A stretch of DNA of 52,932 nucleotides, taken from positions 1 through 52,932 of the forward strand of contig CAZWXH010000001.1 in NCBI GenBank assembly GCA_964637725.1, in the 5' to 3' direction. Shown here piece by piece: positions 16,307 through 25,325 of this stretch; the first letter of the stretch is position 1; each line of letters starts with the position of its first letter. The DNA comes from an uncultured Coprobacillus sp. (GTDB lineage: Bacteria > Bacillota_I > Bacilli_A > Erysipelotrichales > Coprobacillaceae). The notes below the pieces were generated by a model, which ran no database searches, was not told the origin of the DNA, and was given only the letters and a program-made list of their open reading frames with translations. A program made the translations under genes and the position numbers.

Positions 16307-17163
16307 TTTCTTTTCCTCCTTTTTATGCTTGCAGAAGCAATAGCTATCACAACTAAGATAGCAGATAATAGTTTTAAATCACCTGAAGGAAGTCCTAATT
16401 GTAGTGCTAGTGTTAATATTGCACGATAGAAGATGGCACCAAAAACAACTGCTAATAATTGAAAACCAATCTTATCTTTCTTTATGAGAGTTGTCCCGAC
16501 AATAATACTTGCAAGACCAATAACCATCATCCCTATTCCACTGCCAATATCAGAGAATGATTGATGTTGAGCAAATATAGCCCCACTTAAAGATACAAAA
16601 CCATTAGCTATTGCTAAACCTAATATCTTCATCTTATTGGTATCGATTGAACTTGCTCTTACCATATCTTCATTATCACCACATGCTCTTAAAGCAAGAC
16701 CAAGTTGAGTTCTTAAAAAATAATAAAGAAACAAACAGATCAATATTACTATAACAGCAATGATAATGACTTTATGATAAGGATCAAAGCTTTCAAACAT
16801 CGAAAATATTGTAGTACTTTCAAACAAAGAGATGTTAGGTAAATCACCCATGACTCTTAGATTAATAGAATAGAGTCCCGTCATTGTCAATATTCCAGCA
16901 AGCAAAGGCATAATATTAAACTTTGTTATTAATAACCCTGTTACAACTCCTGCCAAGCAGCCAGCAACAAATGAAAGGAACAATCCTAAATATGGCATAG
17001 AATTGACTGCACAGATAGCACTCACTGCACACCCTAGTGTAAAACTTCCATCTACAGTTAAGTCTGGTAAATTTAAAATTTTATAGCTTATAAACAGTCC
17101 TAGTGACATAATCGCAAACATGCCACCAAGCTCTAATGCTCCTAAAACGATCGTTGAATTCAT
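16300..17163 (-). CDS. ABC transporter permease
   Basis: 287 aa polytopic membrane protein between the binding protein and the ATPase. Overlaps the ATPase start by 7 nt. Confidence 0.8.
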   Translation of the reverse strand: MNSTIVLGALELGGMFAIMSLGLFISYKILNLPDLTVDGSFTLGCAVSAICAVNSMPYLGLFLSFVAGCLAGVVTGLLITKFNIMPLLAGILTMTGLYSINLRVMGDLPNISLFESTTIFSMFESFDPYHKVIIIAVIVILICLFLYYFLRTQLGLALRACGDNEDMVRASSIDTNKMKILGLAIANGFVSLSGAIFAQHQSFSDIGSGIGMMVIGLASIIVGTTLIKKDKIGFQLLAVVFGAIFYRAILTLALQLGLPSGDLKLLSAILVVIAIASASIKRRKRKC

Positions 17164-17173
17164 ATCTATCCCT

Positions 17174-18163
17174 CTATTTCATTAAAGATAATGCTTTATC
17201 ATTTTTTATACTATCTGGTAGTGTAATATTTAAATCTTTTAATACTTTTTCATTTACATAAATATTTAAATTTTCTTTATATACTTTAACAGGTATATCA
17301 GTTACCTTTGTACCTTTTAAAACCTTATCAACCATATTGGCTGTTTCCTTACCTAAGTCATCATAGTTAATACCTACACTTAGAAATCCACCATCTTGAA
17401 CCATTGAATCAGCTCCAACATATAAAGGAATCTTTGCTTTACTACAAGCTGGTCCAACCACATTCATAGCTTTAGCAACTGTATTATCATTAGGTGCAAA
17501 TATGGCATCACATTTACTCGTTAATACATTGATTGCTGTTTGAACCTCATTAACAGAAGTAACTGTTGCTTCTACTAATTCAATATCTTTACTATCTGCA
17601 TAAGCTTTAGCCTTATTAATATTTGTTACTGAATTAATCTCTCCTTTGTTATAAATAACTCCTAGTTTCTTTAAATTAGGATTCACTTGCAATGCTCTTT
17701 CTAAAATTAACTCAACTTGAATTTCATCACTAGTCCCTGTTATATTCTTATCTGGCTTTTCTAATGAAGTCATTAAGTTCGCCCCAACAGGATCACTTAC
17801 AGCTGCAAAGACTACTGGAATATCCTTAGATAACTTAGCTGCTGCTTGAGCTACTGGTGTTGCTATTGCCATAACAACATCAGGATTACTAGCTTTAAAA
17901 CTATCAATAATACTACTAGCGGTATTATTATCCCCTTGGGCATTTTTAAAGATATATTCAATATTTTCTTTATCCTTATAACCTAACGCTTCCATTTGTT
18001 TATCAAATGCATCTTTAATTGTATTTAATGAAGTATGTTCAACTAGTTGAATAATAGCAACCTTCTTCATACTTTCATTATCTTTTTCACTTCCACATCC
18101 TACTAACATTGTTACAGCTAATCCAGCTGCTAATAAACCTTTAATTAATTGTTTTGTTTTCAT
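17174..18163 (-). CDS. ABC transporter substrate-binding lipoprotein (ABC_sub_bind/COG2984-like; candidate aromatic amino acid/Trp uptake)
   Basis: Lipobox LVGC. Alternating beta-alpha periplasmic binding protein pattern. Preceded by a T-box leader. Confidence 0.75.
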   Translation of the reverse strand: MKTKQLIKGLLAAGLAVTMLVGCGSEKDNESMKKVAIIQLVEHTSLNTIKDAFDKQMEALGYKDKENIEYIFKNAQGDNNTASSIIDSFKASNPDVVMAIATPVAQAAAKLSKDIPVVFAAVSDPVGANLMTSLEKPDKNITGTSDEIQVELILERALQVNPNLKKLGVIYNKGEINSVTNINKAKAYADSKDIELVEATVTSVNEVQTAINVLTSKCDAIFAPNDNTVAKAMNVVGPACSKAKIPLYVGADSMVQDGGFLSVGINYDDLGKETANMVDKVLKGTKVTDIPVKVYKENLNIYVNEKVLKDLNITLPDSIKNDKALSLMK

Positions 18164-18264
18164 AATATATTCTCCTCATATTTTAAGTTTTTTGTTCTAT
18201 TCAATTATAAAGAGCTACACCATCGTTTCATTTTCATTTTATTTCCCCCTCTTGTTAGCATATA

Positions 18265-18490
18265 AACAAAAAACACCTGTCCTATAAAAAGGACAGATGT
18301 TAAAATCTGCGGTACCACCTTAATTGGTTATAAATAACCCACTCAGTAAAAATGCTAACACATTTTCGCTTTATAACGTAAGCTCACGTCGCAGGATACT
18401 CGAATTTCTTTCCCCTTTGCCCTCGTAGGTCCATTTGCTTAACTGCCACTACCTAGATTCCACCACCCTAGGCTCTCTTTGAGTACATCT
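18265..18490 (-). promoter_or_regulatory. T-box leader (tRNA-sensing riboswitch), probable Trp specifier
   Basis: Minus strand shows a 5' AGAGAG motif. The T-box sequence AAGGUGGUACCGCAG has its GGUGGUACCGCAG core at 18307-18319. The terminator is ACAUCUGUCC-uuuuuaua-GGACAGGUGU plus UUUUUU (18265-18300). Candidate specifier UGG-A at 18431-18433 lies directly 5' of the closing helix CCUA. Confidence 0.8.
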
Positions 18491-18526
18491 TTAAACGTTA
18501 TCTCCTACTCATTAGTTTATGATATA

Positions 18527-18555
18527 AAATTACCACATATTGAATTTAGAGTCAA
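18527..18555 (-). promoter_or_regulatory. Possible promoter for the T-box/ABC operon
   Basis: Minus-strand TTGACT (18550-18555), 17 nt, TAATTT preceded by TGg. Confidence 0.3.
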
Positions 18556-18613
18556 CACATTTTATAAATATTGTAAATATACTTTTTTGAGACATCTTAC
18601 CTTCACAAGTTAT

Positions 18614-19018
18614 CTAATGAGGAATATCATCCATATTTTTGTCTTCAAAGCTATAATGATCTTCAACACCACCAACCTTGAATAATACATATTGGCTATC
18701 ATTAATCCAATATTCTCCTGATAAAATTCCATTTTCTTCTTTTAATTTTTTCATTATTCCTTTGCATTCAGCATCTTTAATAATTTTATTCACCGTCGTT
18801 TCGTCCAATTCATTAGCGCCTGCTGAACCTGCTAAAGAAAGCTGATATTTTGAAGCTTTAATTTGTGCAACAACAGACCTTGTTTCAGCTACATATTTAT
18901 CCTGATCAACATCATCAAAATAATTCATCAAGCCTGGAACAGTTAATGCCATTAATACAGCTAATAGACAAACTGATACAATGATTTCAACTAATGTAAA
19001 ACCTTTTTTGTTATTCAT
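18614..19018 (-). CDS. Type IV pilin-like protein (second pilin, distal end of the locus)
   Basis: Class III signal peptide MNNKKG/FTLVEIIV with Glu at +5. Confidence 0.8.
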   Translation of the reverse strand: MNNKKGFTLVEIIVSVCLLAVLMALTVPGLMNYFDDVDQDKYVAETRSVVAQIKASKYQLSLAGSAGANELDETTVNKIIKDAECKGIMKKLKEENGILSGEYWINDSQYVLFKVGGVEDHYSFEDKNMDDIPH

Positions 19019-19019
19019 C

Positions 19020-20075
19020 TTAAATCATTGTACGCAATTCATTTTCATCATTAGTATATCTAATTGCGCTTTCCTTAGTAATTAAGTTTTGTCTAACTAG
19101 CTGAGATAAACTCATATTTAATGATTGCATTCCAATACTTCCACCAGTTTGAATCATACTGTTAATTTGATGAACTTTATTTTCTCTAATCAAGTTTTTA
19201 ATTGCACTATTAGCAATCATAATCTCTAACGAAGGAACTCTTGAGTTCCCATCTACAGTGGGAATTAATTGTTGCGTAACAACAGCATTTAATACCCCTG
19301 ATAGTTGAGCACGAATTTGTTCTTGTTTGTGGGGTGGAAAAACATCAATGATACAATCTATTGTTTTTGCAGCACCAATTGTATGAAGTGTAGAAAAAAC
19401 TAAATGACCTGTTTCAGCTAGTGTTATTACAGAAGCAATTGTTTCATAGTCTCTCATTTCCCCAACTAAAATAACATCAGGATCTTCACGCATTGCACTT
19501 CTTAAAGCTGTATCAAAACTCTCAACATCAGTTTCTACCTCACGTTGATGAATTAATGCTTGTTGTTGTTGATATACATATTCAATTGGATCCTCTATTG
19601 TTAGTATATGACATGGTTTTGTTTTGTTGATTTCATTTATCATGGCTGCTAAAGTTGTAGACTTACCACTACCAGTTGGTCCAGTAACTAAAACCAGACC
19701 TCTTTCATCTTCAGTTAAAGTTTTCATCATTGTAGGTAGTTTTAATTCTTCTAAATTTCTTATTGTTTCATAAATAATTCTAATAGCAGCACAACTATAA
19801 CCAAGTTCTTTATAAACATTAACCCTATAACGTTGTGTGTTTTCAACATAAACAAAATCAATATCTTTACCATTTTTAAATTGTTCTAATTGTTTAGGAG
19901 TTAACATTCCATAAATCATATCTTCAACATCACTTTGTTGTAATTGATGTTCATATGGAAATAACTTTCCATTATTTCTATAGACTATATGATTAGAACC
20001 ACCAAGATGAACATCAGAATAACCATTATTTCTTGCTAAATGTAAAATATCATTTAATTGATCCATTCCATTCAT
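19020..20075 (-). CDS. pilT: Type IV pilus retraction ATPase PilT
   Basis: 351 aa. Walker A GPTGSGKST. Asp/His box region GEMRD..TGHLVFSTLHT. Lacks the long N-terminal domain of PilB. Confidence 0.85.
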   Translation of the reverse strand: MNGMDQLNDILHLARNNGYSDVHLGGSNHIVYRNNGKLFPYEHQLQQSDVEDMIYGMLTPKQLEQFKNGKDIDFVYVENTQRYRVNVYKELGYSCAAIRIIYETIRNLEELKLPTMMKTLTEDERGLVLVTGPTGSGKSTTLAAMINEINKTKPCHILTIEDPIEYVYQQQQALIHQREVETDVESFDTALRSAMREDPDVILVGEMRDYETIASVITLAETGHLVFSTLHTIGAAKTIDCIIDVFPPHKQEQIRAQLSGVLNAVVTQQLIPTVDGNSRVPSLEIMIANSAIKNLIRENKVHQINSMIQTGGSIGMQSLNMSLSQLVRQNLITKESAIRYTNDENELRTMI

Positions 20076-20078
20076 CTC

Positions 20079-21752
20079 CTATCTTTCATAGAAAGAAATC
20101 TTTAATAATTCTTCAACAGATGTCTTTCCTTCTTCAACAAGTCTTAAAGTTTCATCAAATAATGAAGAATAATCTTGATTTCTGAGTACATAATCATAGA
20201 TATCTTGAATATCTCTTTTTTCAGTAATCATTTTCTTTATATTTTTATCAACATAAATCATTTCATGAACAGCAATTCTACCTTTATATCCAGTATGATG
20301 ACATGCTGGACAACCAACACTTTCATAAACAAAAGGAATTTCTTTTTTCATAATGCGTTTATCTTCATCAGTAGAAGCTACTTTTTTCATACAATGTGGA
20401 CATAATTTTTTTACTAATCTTTGTGCCACAATACCAACTAAACTATTTGCGACCATATATGGTTCAATACCCATATCTTGTAATCTGACAATAGTACTTA
20501 TAGCATCATTTGTATGAAGTGTAGAAACAACCAAGTGACCTGTAATCGCTGCTCTAACCGATGTAGATGCAGTCTCAGCATCTCTTGTCTCCCCTACCAT
20601 AATAATATCAGGATCTTGACGTAAGATAGCTTTTAACCCAGTTTCAAAAGTCAAACCAGCAACATTATTAACTTGCATTTGATTAATATGATCAAGATTC
20701 TTTTCAACAGGATCTTCAATTGTTAAAATATTAACCTGCTTCCTCGCTAGTTTTTCCATAATCATATAAAGTGTCGTTGTTTTACCAGAACCAGTAGGAC
20801 CTGTCACATAGATAATACCATTTGGACTATCCATCATACGAAGCATTGTCTTATATTTCTTTTCTTGCATACCAAAATGACTCGCATAATCAATCGGTGT
20901 ATTAGAATTTAAATATCTCATAACAATCTTTTCACCATGAACAGTAGGAACTATTGATACACGAAGATTCATTTTATCATCATTAATTGTAATAACAAAA
21001 TGTCCATCTTGAGGAATTCTTTTTTCAGAAATATTAAGATTTGCAAGTATTTTTGTTCTAACAACTAATGCATTATGAATATTCTTTTGTAATTTCATTG
21101 ATTCAATTAACATACCATCAATTCTCATACGAACTAATGTTTCATTCTCATAAGGTTCAATATGAATATCAGAAACATTAGTACTAAAACCTTTAGTTAA
21201 TAAAGAGTTTAGTAATTTAACAACTGGTGTGTCGTCATTTTCTGAATTATATATTTCTTGATCACTCAATTCAAACATAGATGTATCATTATTGACATTA
21301 TCAGCAGCAGCTCTCGCCTTTACCTCTGAATAGTAATAAGAAATTGCCTCTTTTACCGATTCTTCAATTGCCAAGCATATAATTAAGTCCATTCCAGTAA
21401 CTAAGCGAATATCCTCAAATCCATAAAAATTCATTGGATCACTTGTCACAACTACTAATTCATTATTACGAATTTCAGTCGCAATAATATTGTATTTAGT
21501 TGCTAAAGTAGAAGGAATCTTACTTACTGCATTGATATCAACATTAACACTATTTATATCAATAAATGGTTCTCCTAATTTAGTTGATAGAGCTTGTAAT
21601 GTTTGTTCCTCAGTCACAAACCCTAAATCAATTAAATGTTGACCCAATCTCTTACTTCTATCATTCTTTTGTGCTTCTAATGCTTGAACTAACTGTTCTT
21701 CATTAATATAACCTTGTTCTTTTAATACTTCACCTATCGGTATAGCTTTCAT
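20079..21752 (-). CDS. pilB: Type IV pilus assembly (extension) ATPase PilB/GspE family
   Basis: Walker A GPTGSGKTT. GETRD..TGHLVVSTLHTND. Tetracysteine CPHC..CPAC. N-terminal T2SSE_N/MshEN-like domain. Confidence 0.9.
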   Translation of the reverse strand: MKAIPIGEVLKEQGYINEEQLVQALEAQKNDRSKRLGQHLIDLGFVTEEQTLQALSTKLGEPFIDINSVNVDINAVSKIPSTLATKYNIIATEIRNNELVVVTSDPMNFYGFEDIRLVTGMDLIICLAIEESVKEAISYYYSEVKARAAADNVNNDTSMFELSDQEIYNSENDDTPVVKLLNSLLTKGFSTNVSDIHIEPYENETLVRMRIDGMLIESMKLQKNIHNALVVRTKILANLNISEKRIPQDGHFVITINDDKMNLRVSIVPTVHGEKIVMRYLNSNTPIDYASHFGMQEKKYKTMLRMMDSPNGIIYVTGPTGSGKTTTLYMIMEKLARKQVNILTIEDPVEKNLDHINQMQVNNVAGLTFETGLKAILRQDPDIIMVGETRDAETASTSVRAAITGHLVVSTLHTNDAISTIVRLQDMGIEPYMVANSLVGIVAQRLVKKLCPHCMKKVASTDEDKRIMKKEIPFVYESVGCPACHHTGYKGRIAVHEMIYVDKNIKKMITEKRDIQDIYDYVLRNQDYSSLFDETLRLVEEGKTSVEELLKISFYER

Positions 21753-21785
21753 ACTAGCCCTCCTATTATACGAATCTATTCATTA

Positions 21786-23246
21786 TTATGAATTCTTCCA
21801 ATAATCATTTTGATATTGTAAATATGCTGAACTGTCAAATAAAATTGTTTGCTGCGAAGTTTGCCAATAATTGAGGCTTCCTGGATTTACTTTCAAACAC
21901 GCATTTTTTATATAAGAACTCTTTGTATCAAATAAAATATCTATTTTCATCCAACCACTATCAGGTGATCCGCCTGGAACAAGGCTTCTTTCTACATCAT
22001 CAATTTTAAAATATAAATCAAAATATGTTTGATCATTGTAATTGTTTTTAATTTTAACTATATCACCTTGCTTATAACTTTTGGTATTATCAAACAAGTC
22101 AATTCCATTTCTAGTTGGGTCTTTAAGCGAAGTCAAATTTTCAGGGAAAAACATTTCTAATATATTGCCTTTTTTATAAATAGATGTTGATATATATTCT
22201 TTAGAATCTAAATCACTTGTATCTAAAATAAGTTCCCAAACGCAATAATTGTTATACGGATCATCATCGATTAATACATTAATATTAAACCAATTTAACA
22301 AATAATTAGAAGAATCACACCAAACATTATCAGTTGCACGAAAATATTTGTTGTTATACATCACTATATCGCCTTTGGAATAACTACTATACATTTTATT
22401 CTCACTACTTGTAAAAGTAGGCCATGTCCAGTTTTTGTTTAGCCTTTTCCAATAACGAGTTTTCCCAGGCATATATTCAGATTCATTCGAGGATTCAGTT
22501 GCCTCCCACCATTCACCATTCCACCATACTATTTCTCCCTTTTGATATACATACCTGCCTTTAGGATTAAATAACCCCTTACAGTTTTCTGTTGAAATAT
22601 TTTGTATAATGTCAGCAACTGTTCCCGTTCTTCCGTTTTCAGGCTGACTATTTGTTGGTGGGATATACTTCTTATTGTAATAAATTCTATACCCATCTTT
22701 ATATTCATCATCATCACTTTCTTCAGAAATTGATTTATATTCACTTGGATATAGAGGTTCATTTTGTATTTCACTAGAAACACTTAAATTTAATAACATG
22801 AGAGTATCTCTAGAAGTATACGTATCTTCTCTTCCGTCATTTAATATATATCTAATATCAACTCTTACTTTATTTTGATAGTTTGCTTTTACAACCATCT
22901 TAAAATCTCTACCAGAATAAAAACCATCGCTAAAAACATCTATACCATCTCTATAAAGTTTATAATCTTTAATATAGAAATAGTGCCAGTTAGCATCATT
23001 TTGATAATCAGGAATATGGTTACTACTTGAATTCAATATTCTTACATCAGTAGCATATTCTATTTCTTCTCTTACAAATTCAATAACTGAGTCAACAGTC
23101 CTTTTATCTAAATCACGTTCAGAAGAAGTGTTTAATAAATTAGTTGAAGACAATATTAAAGTACCAGCTAACATTAATATAATTGATGCTAGCGCAATAG
23201 AAACAATAATTTCTACTAATGTAAAACCTTTTTTATTATGGTACAT
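21786..23246 (-). CDS. Large minor pilin (486 aa) with C-terminal CBM5/12-like repeats
   Basis: Prepilin leader MYHNKKG/FTLVEIIV. The C-terminal half has repeated Y-x-K/Q-G-D/E-I-V..N-G/N..W/F..A..P..W modules. Confidence 0.8.
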   Translation of the reverse strand: MYHNKKGFTLVEIIVSIALASIILMLAGTLILSSTNLLNTSSERDLDKRTVDSVIEFVREEIEYATDVRILNSSSNHIPDYQNDANWHYFYIKDYKLYRDGIDVFSDGFYSGRDFKMVVKANYQNKVRVDIRYILNDGREDTYTSRDTLMLLNLSVSSEIQNEPLYPSEYKSISEESDDDEYKDGYRIYYNKKYIPPTNSQPENGRTGTVADIIQNISTENCKGLFNPKGRYVYQKGEIVWWNGEWWEATESSNESEYMPGKTRYWKRLNKNWTWPTFTSSENKMYSSYSKGDIVMYNNKYFRATDNVWCDSSNYLLNWFNINVLIDDDPYNNYCVWELILDTSDLDSKEYISTSIYKKGNILEMFFPENLTSLKDPTRNGIDLFDNTKSYKQGDIVKIKNNYNDQTYFDLYFKIDDVERSLVPGGSPDSGWMKIDILFDTKSSYIKNACLKVNPGSLNYWQTSQQTILFDSSAYLQYQNDYWKNS

Positions 23247-23263
23247 AATATTTCACCTCCATA

Positions 23264-24262
23264 TTATTTAACAACTTTAACGAATATAATACCTGCATCT
23301 CTAGTTACAGAATCATTTATAAATTCAAGCTCATTGAATTTAGCAAATTCATAAGTATTTATAACATCACCTTTTAAGTTATTTAAAACAGCATATGAAT
23401 AATTTCCTTGGACCGGTAATTGATCCGGATGTATTTTTCCACCAGCCTCTGGAAGCGGAATAATTGTCACATTCTCATTTAAATCAGTAATATGTATGAT
23501 AGTCCTTTCGGGAACATAATAGCCAAATAATATTGCACTGGTATGCTTTATTGAACTTCCCAAATATGATATATAAACCCATCTTATTTTTTTAGAATTA
23601 CCAACTAACTCTTTATATGTTTGTTCGAGAACAGTGAGTCCTCCATTAATAATATCTTTATTTGGATTTAACAGTGAATCAAAATAATTTGGAACATCCT
23701 TTGTGAATACATTATCAGCAGATAGATTATCCTTGACTGCGTTCGTTTCACTTCCTATCCTCTGATAAAATGAAAACTTATTTGTATTTGGAAATATTTG
23801 ACTGTATTGGTAAACGATGTCACTTAATTTAGTGGCAACTCTATACTCAACATCTAAATCATCTAAATTTGGTTCTTCAGGTTGTTGTACTTCTCCAGGT
23901 AACATTTCTGCTTTTTTTGTAGGATCAAATGCAAACAATTTAATTGATATAGGATTGATAACTTGAGTATAATAATCCGTAACATTTATAGGAGGATTAG
24001 CTGGATCATTCACAACTCCTTCACCATATTTAGATCCATCACTAAATTCAAATATCATCTTAGTTTCTGAACCATCCTCAACATCAATTCTATTAACTAA
24101 CTCATTATACAATCTATTTGTTTCACTCTTGATTGTAGAACTCTCAGTGAAAATATTAACAATATTAAATATACCTAAAATCAACATAGAACCAGCAATC
24201 GCTATAATCATAAATGTAATAACTGATTCAATAACAGTAAATCCTTTTCTATTCAGTCTCAT
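23264..24262 (-). CDS. Minor pilin-like protein (~332 aa)
   Basis: MRLNRKG/FTVIESV prepilin motif. Start moved to 24262 (GGAG RBS spacing), overlapping the stop of the upstream gene. Confidence 0.7.
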   Translation of the reverse strand: MRLNRKGFTVIESVITFMIIAIAGSMLILGIFNIVNIFTESSTIKSETNRLYNELVNRIDVEDGSETKMIFEFSDGSKYGEGVVNDPANPPINVTDYYTQVINPISIKLFAFDPTKKAEMLPGEVQQPEEPNLDDLDVEYRVATKLSDIVYQYSQIFPNTNKFSFYQRIGSETNAVKDNLSADNVFTKDVPNYFDSLLNPNKDIINGGLTVLEQTYKELVGNSKKIRWVYISYLGSSIKHTSAILFGYYVPERTIIHITDLNENVTIIPLPEAGGKIHPDQLPVQGNYSYAVLNNLKGDVINTYEFAKFNELEFINDSVTRDAGIIFVKVVK

Positions 24263-24710
24263 CGAATTCATCTCCGATCTTTGAATAAACTTTTTTATAC
24301 CAAGTTCCATCTTTCTTTTTCATCGTTAATTGAACTTCTTGTTCAATAGCATCATAAGTAGATGTCACCTTTATAAGAATTTCTTCTTTATTATTATATT
24401 CAATAACAACATTTACATCTATCCCATATGGAGAACCATTAGGTAATGTAACCTCAGTAATATTAACAGATGAATCCTTACTAGTAGGAATAAACTTAGT
24501 ATTATTATCAGCAATTTGTCCTGCAATCGTTTCTGCAACAGACAAACCAGTTAGATAAGCTTGTTTACGACTATGCTCATCAATTGATCTTTTTTGATTA
24601 GAAGTCGCTATTGTTAAAACAATCCCTAAAATGACAAGAATAAGCATAACAATAGAGACTGCCATTATTAAAATAGATCCTTTTTCATTAAGCTTTTTCA
24701 TCATTTTCAC
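24249..24710 (-). CDS. PilX/PilK-like pseudopilin (no Glu+5)
   Basis: N-terminus KGSILIMAVSIVMLILVILGIV followed by QAYLTGLSVAETIAGQ resembles the PilX N-terminal domain. Confidence 0.55.
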   Translation of the reverse strand: MKMMKKLNEKGSILIMAVSIVMLILVILGIVLTIATSNQKRSIDEHSRKQAYLTGLSVAETIAGQIADNNTKFIPTSKDSSVNITEVTLPNGSPYGIDVNVVIEYNNKEEILIKVTSTYDAIEQEVQLTMKKKDGTWYKKVYSKIGDEFDETE

Positions 24711-24716
24711 CTTCTT

Positions 24717-25325
24717 TTACTTTTTAAACATATAAACAACAATAGTTATTGATGTATTAGAATCATCAGAATCTCCACCATAATTAAAATTAGAGATTTC
24801 TATACCTTTCATATCATCTAAGTAAGCAACAACATTAGATATTTGTTCAAATGTTCCTTTTACTGAAACTGTAACAGTCGCTTGAACTAAATTACTTGAA
24901 ATAGTCGTATCTTTTTCTTCTTCACTTTTATTTGTCTGATCTTGTTGGTTAAGTACCACATTAGCATCATTATTAATACTTAATGATATAGGTTTTAATC
25001 TATGAGACAAAAAAGCAGTTGTTAATAATTTATCAATTTTTTCATTACTCATTAATGGATTATATTTAGCAATAATTGCTTCATAATTATCCTTTTTGAT
25101 TTTTAATTGATCAGGAGCATCAAGATAATCTTTTAATTGTTTTTCTAATGTTGGCTTTTGAGCAACGATAGAATCATATTGAGCAGAAGTTGCTATATAT
25201 GAATCGATCGTTGGTGTAATCACAAAAAACCAACCTGCAACGACAATAAGGAAACAAATAAGAATATATAACAATCTTTTTTCTCTACCAGATAATTGAG
25301 CATATATTTCTTTCATATTACTCAC
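24717..25325 (-). CDS. pilO: PilO-like pilus alignment protein
   Basis: Single N-terminal TM then a coiled-coil. Position after the PilM/PilN-like genes. Confidence 0.55.
   Translation of the reverse strand: MSNMKEIYAQLSGREKRLLYILICFLIVVAGWFFVITPTIDSYIATSAQYDSIVAQKPTLEKQLKDYLDAPDQLKIKKDNYEAIIAKYNPLMSNEKIDKLLTTAFLSHRLKPISLSINNDANVVLNQQDQTNKSEEEKDTTISSNLVQATVTVSVKGTFEQISNVVAYLDDMKGIEISNFNYGGDSDDSNTSITIVVYMFKK

Noticed and set aside
18479-18685. 68-aa plus-strand ORF between the T-box leader and the distal pilin gene
   Set aside because: It is antisense to the T-box promoter/leader and to the pilin 3' end, and has no RBS.
22529-22783. 84-aa same-strand, out-of-frame ORF inside the large minor pilin gene
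   Set aside because: The main frame carries the prepilin leader and CBM-like repeats continuously. The alternative frame is a low-complexity by-product of AT-rich sequence.
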